Part shown: piece by piece, positions 25,144-32,000 of the stretch
How positions within the stretch are numbered: the stretch's first letter is position 1
Layout of the letters: each line of letters begins with the position of its first letter
Origin: Candidatus Omnitrophota bacterium
GTDB lineage: Bacteria; Omnitrophota; Gorgyraeia; Zapsychrales; JANLHA01
NCBI GenBank assembly: GCA_963662715.1
Contig: OY759724.1
Location: 660,001-692,000 of the forward strand
DNA length: 32,000 nt
Reading direction: 5' to 3'
The notes under the pieces: model-generated
The model's input: the letters and a program-made list of their open reading frames with translations, nothing else
What the model was told of the DNA's origin: nothing
Databases searched by the model: none
Made by a program: the position numbers and the translations under genes

Positions 25144-25671
25144 CTACTCCTGCTGCCAGTTGACGACATCGTCATCGCTTTCTATCCCGTCAGATCCATA
25201 AGAAAAAAGGTCATAACCTTCTGAATTATGAGCACCCGGACACTTATAAACATACTCCTGCTTCCAGGGATCCAGCGGGACGACTTTCTTTTTGAGATAC
25301 GGCCCGCCCCAATCCTGCGGGACCGGCGCTTCTGTCGGAGCTTCAATTAAAGCTTTTAATCCCTGTTCTGTTGTCGGGAAACGGCCGTTATCAAGCTCAT
25401 ACATATCCAAGGCCACGGATAAATTGGCCTCTATATCAGCAACCGCTGCCGCTTGCTGAGCCTGCGATTTTTTCCCGGAAAAATTGGGAACAACCATAGC
25501 GGCCAAAACCCCGATAATAACAACTACGAGCAATATTTCCACCAGCGTAAATCCCCTGCAGGTCCGGGCAAGGCCCGCGGCCCGGCGGCCCCTCTTATAA
25601 AGTTGAAATGCGATTGCCCCACCCCCCTGATCAACTCTCTGATACAGCATGAAAATTATTTCTTTCCTCAT
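25144..25671 (-). CDS. gspG: Major pseudopilin GspG
   Basis: RG/FTLVEILLVVVIIGVLAAMVVP, LDNGRFPTTEQGL, DPWKQEYVY, Ca-site-like SYGSDGIESDDDVVNW. ATG 25671 has AAGGGGGA 8 nt upstream; ATG 25650 is the alternative. Confidence 0.9.
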   Translation of the reverse strand: MRKEIIFMLYQRVDQGGGAIAFQLYKRGRRAAGLARTCRGFTLVEILLVVVIIGVLAAMVVPNFSGKKSQAQQAAAVADIEANLSVALDMYELDNGRFPTTEQGLKALIEAPTEAPVPQDWGGPYLKKKVVPLDPWKQEYVYKCPGAHNSEGYDLFSYGSDGIESDDDVVNWQQE

Positions 25672-25702
25672 AATGTGTCCCCCTTTTTGATATCTTAAAG
25701 AT

Positions 25703-25726
25703 CCCGGGAGAACATCTCGTCCCGGG
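25703..25726 (-). other. GC-rich hairpin in the 125-nt gspF-gspG spacer
   Basis: cccggga (25703-25709) pairs with tcccggg (25720-25726) around a 10-nt loop. No clear U-tract follows on the minus strand. Confidence 0.45.
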
Positions 25727-25796
25727 CATATTTCCTCTCCCGCGGCATTTACAGTCCGGGACAAAGAGCCTCGCGACAAAGCCGCTGTTATTTTTC

Positions 25797-27029
25797 TCAA
25801 CGAATAATCAGATTCATCCTGAAAATAGGCAAAAGCATTCCCAAGACAATAAAACCGATAAACAAACCTAAAACAAGAATCAAGACAGGTTCAATAAGGC
25901 TCGTGATTCTTTTCATGGCTCTTTCAGACTGATGTTCGTAAAATACCGCCAGTTTTGTCAGTCCGACATGTAACTGGCCTGTTTCTTCCCCGATCGCGAC
26001 CATATTGGCGGCGGCCTCCGGGAAAAGAGAACTGGCCTGCATCGACTGTGTTAAACTCGCCCCTTCTGTGACCTGCTGCGTCATCTTAGCGATATCCTGC
26101 TTCAGGAGTTCATTATCAATGACATGCTGAACCGTATCAATGGCTGTGACGACCGTTACCCCGTTGCCCAGCAACGTGCCCAACGTCCTGGCAAACCGGC
26201 CTATTTCAACGTCCTTAATAAACTGTCCGATAACAGGCAATTTCAGTTTCAAACCGTCTATCTTTATCTTCCCTTCCGTCGTGGAATAAAGATGCTTTAA
26301 ATATACGCCGGTCAAAACACCGGCCCCGATCAGCAACCACCAAAAACGGGCCAGGAACCGGCTGACAGCCAGAAGCATCATCGTCACCAACGGCAATGAT
26401 TCGTTCATATCAATAAAAATCGTCGAGATACGGGGGATCACCCATGTCAAGATCACAAAAATTGTCACTCCGCCGGCCAGCAGCAAAAAAGCCGGATAGA
26501 AAAGACTGGTTCTGACCTGGGCCCGCACATCATAATCCTTCTCGACAAAATCAGCGACGCGGTCCAAAACAATATTAAGATTCCCGCCCACCTCTCCTGA
26601 CCTGATGATATTGACATACAGCGGAGAAAAAAGGGCCGGGAATTGCGTCAAGGCCGTTGACAACGGCCCTCCCGCCTGAATGACGGAGATCATCTGCTGG
26701 GTCATCTGCTTGAAATGCTTATTTTTAATTTGTTTATGAACAAGCTGCAGAGCCCGCAAAACAGGAACCCCGGCATTGACGAGGTCACTGAGCTGTCTGG
26801 TAAAAATCATAACGTCCTGAACCCGGACTTTCTGGGCCAACGGGGAAGGAGATATAACATTTTTGATCTTTTTCTGAATCTTTTTATCCGATGTCACTTT
26901 AACATCCAGGGGCGTATACCCCGTCTGAAGAAGACGGCTGATAGCCATATCAACGTTATCGGCCTCAATCATCCCTTCGATAATTTGTGCGGGCCCCTGT
27001 TTAGCCTTATAATAGAAAACCTGTTTCAT
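25797..27029 (-). CDS. gspF: Inner-membrane platform protein GspF/PilC family
   Basis: 410 aa, with two T2SSF-type repeats (FTRQLSDLVNAGVPVLRAL...; FARTLGTLLGNGVTVVTAI...) and 3 TM segments. Confidence 0.93.
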   Translation of the reverse strand: MKQVFYYKAKQGPAQIIEGMIEADNVDMAISRLLQTGYTPLDVKVTSDKKIQKKIKNVISPSPLAQKVRVQDVMIFTRQLSDLVNAGVPVLRALQLVHKQIKNKHFKQMTQQMISVIQAGGPLSTALTQFPALFSPLYVNIIRSGEVGGNLNIVLDRVADFVEKDYDVRAQVRTSLFYPAFLLLAGGVTIFVILTWVIPRISTIFIDMNESLPLVTMMLLAVSRFLARFWWLLIGAGVLTGVYLKHLYSTTEGKIKIDGLKLKLPVIGQFIKDVEIGRFARTLGTLLGNGVTVVTAIDTVQHVIDNELLKQDIAKMTQQVTEGASLTQSMQASSLFPEAAANMVAIGEETGQLHVGLTKLAVFYEHQSERAMKRITSLIEPVLILVLGLFIGFIVLGMLLPIFRMNLIIR

Positions 27030-27047
27030 AAATAACGCCGTTTCCCC

Positions 27048-28757
27048 TTAGAAATTCTTATCATCCTTCGTCACTCGGATAATTTCACTGGCCGTGGTTT
27101 GGCCTTTAACAACCTTTTCCCAGCCGTGCTGCAGCAGCGACACCATACCTTTATCCCTGGCTTTCCTTGCGATCTGGCTGGCTGTGGCCCGGGACAAAAT
27201 CATTTCGCGAATCTCTTCATTCAGCGAAAGAAACTCGTAAATACCTTCCCGCCCGCGGTATCCCGTGAAATGACAAGACTCGCATCCGTCCGCCTCGTAA
27301 ATCGTCTGCGACGTTTCTATGCGGACCGACGCTCCGAATATCTTGAGCATGTCTTCCGTAACAGAAGCCGGTTTCTTGCATAAAGGACATAACGTGCGGA
27401 CGAGTCTTTGCGCGATAAAACACTCCACGGAACTGCAAATCAGATAAGGCTCCACGCCCATGTCCACAAGCCGGGTTATCCCGCTGGCCGCGTCATTCGT
27501 GTGCAAAGTCGAGAAGACCAAATGCCCGGTCAGGGCTATCTGTGTCGCTATTTCGGCGGTTTCCTTGTCCCGGACTTCTCCGACCATCATGATGTCCGGG
27601 TCATGGCGCAGCATGGCTCTCAACCCCTGGCTGAACGTCAAGTGTATCGCGGGATTAATCTGTATCTGCGTGATGCCCTTCAACTGATATTCAATAGGGT
27701 CTTCTATCGTAATGATCTTTTTATCCGGATGGTTGACATGCGCGAGGCAGGAATACAATGTCGTGGTTTTCCCGCTGCCGGTCGGCCCCGTAACAAAGAT
27801 AATCCCGTGGGGTTTTTGGATCAACTGCTCAAGCAAAGCCTGCTCTCTGGGGGACAACCCCAGATCATTCATATCATAAAGCCGGTTTGAACTGAGGATA
27901 CGGATCACGACACTTTCGCCGAACTGGGTCGGCAAAAATGACACACGGAGATCCAGGTTGATTTCCCCGACCTTAACTTTAAACCGCCCGTCTTGGGGCA
28001 GTCTTTTCTCCGCGATGTTCAGGTTGGACATGATTTTGATCCGTGAATTGATGGCTTCCTTAAAATGCCAGATATTCATAGGAACTTTTGTATCATAAAG
28101 AATTCCGTCGACCCTGTACCGGACTTTCAAATCTTTTTCGTAAGGCTCAATATGGATATCCGTCGCACGATCCTTATAGGCCTCCAGCAGGATCTGGTTG
28201 ATGAACTTCCCGATTGAGGCATCGGAATCGATTTGTTCGATATCATCAACGCCCTTATCCTGTTCGTGCACCGCCGCAAACGTTCCCTTCATTTGCGCGA
28301 TCGTCTCGGCTCCGACCCCGTAATACTGCCTGATGGCCTCCAGGATATCTTGCTCCCGGGCCAAAACGGTTTTTATTTTTGAAGCATGCACCAAATGAAC
28401 CCCGTCTTGAATATAAATATTGTGGGGCTGGGCGGTCGCAATGGTCAAAAGATCCTCTTCCGAATCATAATCGACCGGAATGACTTTATAATGAGTCGCA
28501 ATGGTGACCGGGATTCTCTGCAGAATACTTTTCTCAATGCGGAGGAGTTTTAAATCAAGAAAATCCACCCCCAGATATTCCGCCAACAGTCGATACATCC
28601 TCTTCTCTTCTTTGATAAAACCCAAATTGAACAAGACAACCCACAACAGCTCGTGTGTCGCCTGCTGCTTCAGCAAGGCCTCATCCAACTGCTGTTGCTG
28701 GATAAAACCCTGTTCAACAAGCAGTGCCCCGAAATCTGTTTCTGTGATGATTTTCAT
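27048..28757 (-). CDS. gspE: Secretion/pilus assembly ATPase GspE/PilB family
   Basis: N-terminal T2SSE_N-like helices. Walker A GPTGSGKTT, Asp box, Walker B IMMVGEVRD, His box. Tetra-Cys CPLCKKP...GCESCHFTGYRGREGIYE. Confidence 0.93.
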   Translation of the reverse strand: MKIITETDFGALLVEQGFIQQQQLDEALLKQQATHELLWVVLFNLGFIKEEKRMYRLLAEYLGVDFLDLKLLRIEKSILQRIPVTIATHYKVIPVDYDSEEDLLTIATAQPHNIYIQDGVHLVHASKIKTVLAREQDILEAIRQYYGVGAETIAQMKGTFAAVHEQDKGVDDIEQIDSDASIGKFINQILLEAYKDRATDIHIEPYEKDLKVRYRVDGILYDTKVPMNIWHFKEAINSRIKIMSNLNIAEKRLPQDGRFKVKVGEINLDLRVSFLPTQFGESVVIRILSSNRLYDMNDLGLSPREQALLEQLIQKPHGIIFVTGPTGSGKTTTLYSCLAHVNHPDKKIITIEDPIEYQLKGITQIQINPAIHLTFSQGLRAMLRHDPDIMMVGEVRDKETAEIATQIALTGHLVFSTLHTNDAASGITRLVDMGVEPYLICSSVECFIAQRLVRTLCPLCKKPASVTEDMLKIFGASVRIETSQTIYEADGCESCHFTGYRGREGIYEFLSLNEEIREMILSRATASQIARKARDKGMVSLLQHGWEKVVKGQTTASEIIRVTKDDKNF

Positions 28758-28801
28758 AATCCCTTCTTCATGTTTTCATCCGGCCCGCCTTAATCAGCCC
28801 T

Positions 28802-30721
28802 TTAAAAATGCCGGTCCTCCTGAGCCAGAACAATCGCCAGGTTCTTTTGGGCGCTCTCATAACGAGGATCAATACGCAAAGCTTCCTGGAAATGATAGAC
28901 AGCATGAACGGTCTCTCCCTGTTTCATATATATAGCACCGACGCTGTTATGCACCAAAGCGTTATCCGGATGATAAATAAGAATCTCGGAAAAATGCTTG
29001 CGGGCCTTTTCCAGAGCCCCTTGCTTCATATATAAATCTCCCAAAACACTATGAATATATAAACTGTCCGGTTGACCGGCCAACGCCTGCAGATACATTT
29101 CCCGGGCTTGCTCGGGCTTGTTCTGAAGCACATAGAAGTTCCCCAAATTCTTTAATGTTTCCGGATCACGACTGTCCAGAGCGCGGGCTTTCAGCAAATA
29201 TTTCTCCGACAGCTCATATTGTCCTTCTTCCATAAGAAGAACACCGTAATTGCTGTTGGCTTGCGCATACTCAGGATTCAACCGCAGGGCCTGCTCATAA
29301 AAAACTTTTGCCCTTTTTAAGTCTCTTTCTTCATAAAATATATTCCCAAGATTATTATAATTTCGAAAATTTTCCGATTGAAACAACGCGGCATCCAGAA
29401 AATGCCTTTTCGCCGGCTCTTTTTTCCCGTCTTTAAGATAGGCCAATCCCAGGTTATAATGCGCAACCGGATGACGGGGGGCATGCCGCAAAACAAATCC
29501 CCATAAAGAATAGCCGTTGTTCCAGACCCGGCTCTGCTGAAAGGTCCCCAGCGCCATCCCTCCGATGATGAATACCGCGGCGACATTCAAGGATATCCTC
29601 TGAATCCTGTGGCTGGCCGTTGCGGAAGCCAGCCTCTCATACAGAATCCCGCATAGGATACAGAAGCCTAAACAGGGCAAATACATAAACCTGTCCGCCA
29701 CGGGATTGAGCCCGGAGGAAACGGGATCCGTACGCAACAGGAAAAAAATCGACACCAGGTAAAACAGGAAAGAAAAATGCAGCCATTTGTTACAGTTTTT
29801 AGTGAGTAAAAAAAGGACCAGCAAGGCACATGCCAGCAAAGATAAAAAGTACGGCACATGGGTCCAGGACACAGGGAGCGGGTAAAAATAAAGCGGGGAG
29901 AGATGAACCGGGAGAAAGAATTTGTAAACATAAAAAACAAACGACCACAGCCATAATAAAATATTTACCGAGACCGGGCTGCCGGGGCTCCCCCCCATAT
30001 TCAGCCTGTAGGTTATCCACGCTACGGGAACAGCGTATAACACAAAAGGGATTTTTTCCTTCAAAACTTTCCCGCACAATCTCCTGCCGCGGAACCAATC
30101 GCAAACAAGAAGCGCAAGAGGCAGACTCACCGCCATAGGCTTGGACAGCATGCCCAGGAATCCGAATAATATAGCAGCATAGTAGGGTCTTCTTTCTCCT
30201 GTCCGGATAAAATTCATATACTGCACCAGAGCCAGCATATAAAAGAACGCGTACAGCACATCTTTCCGGGCGCTCATCCAGGCAACAGGTTCGACGTGTA
30301 TGGGATGAAGGCCAAAAATCAGGGCAGCTGCACCGGCAGCCCTGGCGGATGCCCCCAGCTGAAGGGCGAACTTATAGACGAGACAAACCACGCCTATATG
30401 AAGCAGCAGATTATCGAGATGATAGACAATCGGATTCTCTTGAAAAAAAAGATGTTCCAGGGAGAAAGACAGGATCGTTAACGGGATATATATATCGCAA
30501 ACTGTACTCTTGAAGATCCGGACAATATTGCCCAGGCTGAATTGACGGGCCATTTGATTCCATTCAAAATTATTCTGATCATCCCAGACAAAATGCCCCG
30601 TTAAAACCGGCCCATAAGCGGCCAGTATCAGCACAATCCCTAAAAAAAGCCGTCCCCGGCCGGGAGATAAAAAAGAAATCTTTTTCATAGAAAGACGCAT
30701 AAAATGAATCGCAATCTGCAT
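28802..30721 (-). CDS. GT-C-fold (PMT/TMTC/ArnT-like) polytopic membrane protein with C-terminal TPR array
   Basis: About a dozen hydrophobic helices. Acidic first-loop motif GHFVWDDQNNF. C-terminal about 230 aa holds about 7 TPR units (AHYNLGLAYLKDGK..., YNNLGNIFYEERD..., NSNYGVLLMEEGQ..., LKNLGNFYVLQNK... and others). The start among ATG 30721, 30700 and 30688 is unresolved. Confidence 0.8.
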   Translation of the reverse strand: MQIAIHFMRLSMKKISFLSPGRGRLFLGIVLILAAYGPVLTGHFVWDDQNNFEWNQMARQFSLGNIVRIFKSTVCDIYIPLTILSFSLEHLFFQENPIVYHLDNLLLHIGVVCLVYKFALQLGASARAAGAAALIFGLHPIHVEPVAWMSARKDVLYAFFYMLALVQYMNFIRTGERRPYYAAILFGFLGMLSKPMAVSLPLALLVCDWFRGRRLCGKVLKEKIPFVLYAVPVAWITYRLNMGGSPGSPVSVNILLWLWSFVFYVYKFFLPVHLSPLYFYPLPVSWTHVPYFLSLLACALLVLFLLTKNCNKWLHFSFLFYLVSIFFLLRTDPVSSGLNPVADRFMYLPCLGFCILCGILYERLASATASHRIQRISLNVAAVFIIGGMALGTFQQSRVWNNGYSLWGFVLRHAPRHPVAHYNLGLAYLKDGKKEPAKRHFLDAALFQSENFRNYNNLGNIFYEERDLKRAKVFYEQALRLNPEYAQANSNYGVLLMEEGQYELSEKYLLKARALDSRDPETLKNLGNFYVLQNKPEQAREMYLQALAGQPDSLYIHSVLGDLYMKQGALEKARKHFSEILIYHPDNALVHNSVGAIYMKQGETVHAVYHFQEALRIDPRYESAQKNLAIVLAQEDRHF

Positions 30722-30766
30722 ATGTTTATGACACGATAAACCTGTTAATATATCCCTGCCGAACGG

Positions 30767-32000
30767 TTATTTCTCCTGAAGCTCCGGGATGAAAAAGATG
30801 ATATACTCCGTACGGAGAATAAATCTGTTTTCACTGCGAAAGATAAAGCCAAAAAGGGGCAAATCGCCCAGGAGGGGAACTTTAGACGTTTTTTCAACTT
30901 CTTTTTCTCTCAACAATCCCCCCAGAATAATCACGTCCGCCCCGTCGATCGGCAGTTCCGCAGAAACCTGCGGCTGAAACGGCTTGTCTGAAGAAGCCTC
31001 CAGCGTCGGACGATTATCGGCCAGCCAGTGAAGATGCGGACTCAGCCGGACAAGATATTTCTTTTCCGGAAGGGCATTGACCAGAATTTTCATCTTCATG
31101 GCAAACCCTTCATCATCCTTAAAATCCCCGGGGACATTCATCGTGTCCCAGCCCCATTCCTTCTCACTATTTAACTGGGAGACCCCGGAAAAATCGTTCA
31201 AATCAATAAGCTGGCCCGCGGCATCTAAGGCGTCTTTTAAGACAGGAAAATCTTCCTTCGTAATTGTGCCCAGGCTCAACCGGTTCTCCTCAGGTGAGCC
31301 GTTCTGTTGATCCCCTAAAATATCAAAATTTTTATAATCGGAAACAATGGCGTCCCAGTCAATGCCCCCCTGATGTTCCTCATTCAGTTGAATTCTCGAA
31401 ACCTGGATGCGCCAACGGACTTTAATAAGTTTATCCAGGTCCTGAATCATTTGCTCAATCTCCGATATTTTCTGCGCCGTATCCGTCACGGTTACGGAAT
31501 TCGTGTCCCCGTCAAGAACAAGCTGCCCCAGATCTTCGGTGAGTGTCTTGGAGATCTTCTCCACGACAATGTCCGCCTTAACAAACTGGAATGAAAACAC
31601 CTTTGTGACCAGGGGCGGGGTATCCCAGGACCGCAGCAAAGATTGCATTTGCTTCAAGGGTTCTTCGCTGTCCATAAGAATAAGCTGCTGGTTCTTTTCA
31701 TCAGCGAAAAAATGTCCTTTAAGGCTCTTCAGCTGCACCAGATTCTTTTTCATGTCATCCACGGAACGGTATTCCAGTTTAATAACTTCAACCTGTGTTT
31801 CCGGGGCAAAAGGACGCCCCATCTTCTGTTCATACTCTTCCCGGGAAACAACACGAATGACCTGCTCCTCCTGCATATAAGCCAAGTCACTCATCAACGT
31901 CACGACGGACAATAAATTCTCAAGGGAAACATCCTTTAAGCACAAAGTGATAAACCGAGTCGGCAGGACATCAGCTTCAATATTTAAATGGCTCTTTTCT
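30767..32000 (-). CDS. Divergent secretin-family paralog, 5' partial (reading frame stays open to the right edge)
   Basis: C-terminus KVPLLGDLPLFGFIFRSE...IIFFIPELQ. N-domain repeats resemble the 17805 secretin (GGIDWDAIVSDY versus FGVDWEAIVRDY). The track start at 31945 is a TTG, and the frame upstream reads ...EKSHLNIEADVLPTRFITL with no stop, so the gene begins outside the window. Confidence 0.75.
   Translation of the reverse strand, partial: EKSHLNIEADVLPTRFITLCLKDVSLENLLSVVTLMSDLAYMQEEQVIRVVSREEYEQKMGRPFAPETQVEVIKLEYRSVDDMKKNLVQLKSLKGHFFADEKNQQLILMDSEEPLKQMQSLLRSWDTPPLVTKVFSFQFVKADIVVEKISKTLTEDLGQLVLDGDTNSVTVTDTAQKISEIEQMIQDLDKLIKVRWRIQVSRIQLNEEHQGGIDWDAIVSDYKNFDILGDQQNGSPEENRLSLGTITKEDFPVLKDALDAAGQLIDLNDFSGVSQLNSEKEWGWDTMNVPGDFKDDEGFAMKMKILVNALPEKKYLVRLSPHLHWLADNRPTLEASSDKPFQPQVSAELPIDGADVIILGGLLREKEVEKTSKVPLLGDLPLFGFIFRSENRFILRTEYIIFFIPELQEK

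Noticed and set aside
28665-28736. MshEN-type c-di-GMP binding motif at the GspE N-terminus (DFGALLVEQGFIQQQQLDEALLKQ)
   Set aside because: The spacing of G, hydrophobic, L and Q positions fits RLGxxLLxxGLIxxxxLxxxLxxQ. The leading Arg-Leu, which I recall as important for ligand contact, is Asp-Phe here. c-di-GMP binding cannot be claimed from sequence alone.
1-32000. CRISPR arrays, transposons, prophage, toxin-antitoxin pairs or known defence-system signatures
   Set aside because: No spacer-repeat periodicity was found; the only periodic DNA is the coding 261-bp repeat. No nuclease, methylase, integrase or transposase motifs were recognised. The YwqK-like MORN protein has no adjacent toxin gene.

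Overview
The window looks like an ordinary chromosomal segment of a diderm bacterium with moderate GC. I saw no transposase, integrase, CRISPR array or phage genes. All calls come from reading the translations and the DNA by eye; no database search was run.

Gene content, left to right:
- 1-1937 (-): a secreted coiled-coil protein built from 261-bp tandem repeats. It runs off the left edge and is missing from the supplied ORF track.
- An orphan 4-TM protein, then a polytopic-membrane B12-binding radical SAM fusion.
- A stand-alone receiver domain, a MORN-variant lipoprotein, GAF-type Enzyme I (ptsP) and tRNA-Pro(TGG).
- A 1047-aa AsmA-like protein on the + strand.
- From 32000 down to 12014, an unbroken run of 21 minus-strand genes.

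The first 13 genes of that run form a Gsp-type (type II secretion / type IV pilus-like) cluster:
- a divergent secretin paralog, 5' partial at the right edge;
- a GT-C + TPR membrane glycosyltransferase-like protein;
- gspE, gspF, gspG, and H-, I-, J-like pseudopilins, then gspK;
- a PilM-PilN (GspL-like) fusion, a PilO/GspM-like protein and a PilP/GspC-like protein;
- a full secretin.

The remaining 8 genes are an N-acetylmuramoyl-L-alanine amidase, murI, queD-queC-queE-queF, rph and rdgB.

The parts most worth a second look:
- the hybrid secretion cluster with two secretins and an embedded TMTC/PMT-like glycosyltransferase;
- pseudopilins with 30-40 aa leader peptides;
- a Thr-rich tract in the main secretin;
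- the membrane-anchored B12-radical SAM enzyme, preceded by a perfect 11-bp-stem hairpin;
- the repeat-built secreted coiled-coil protein.
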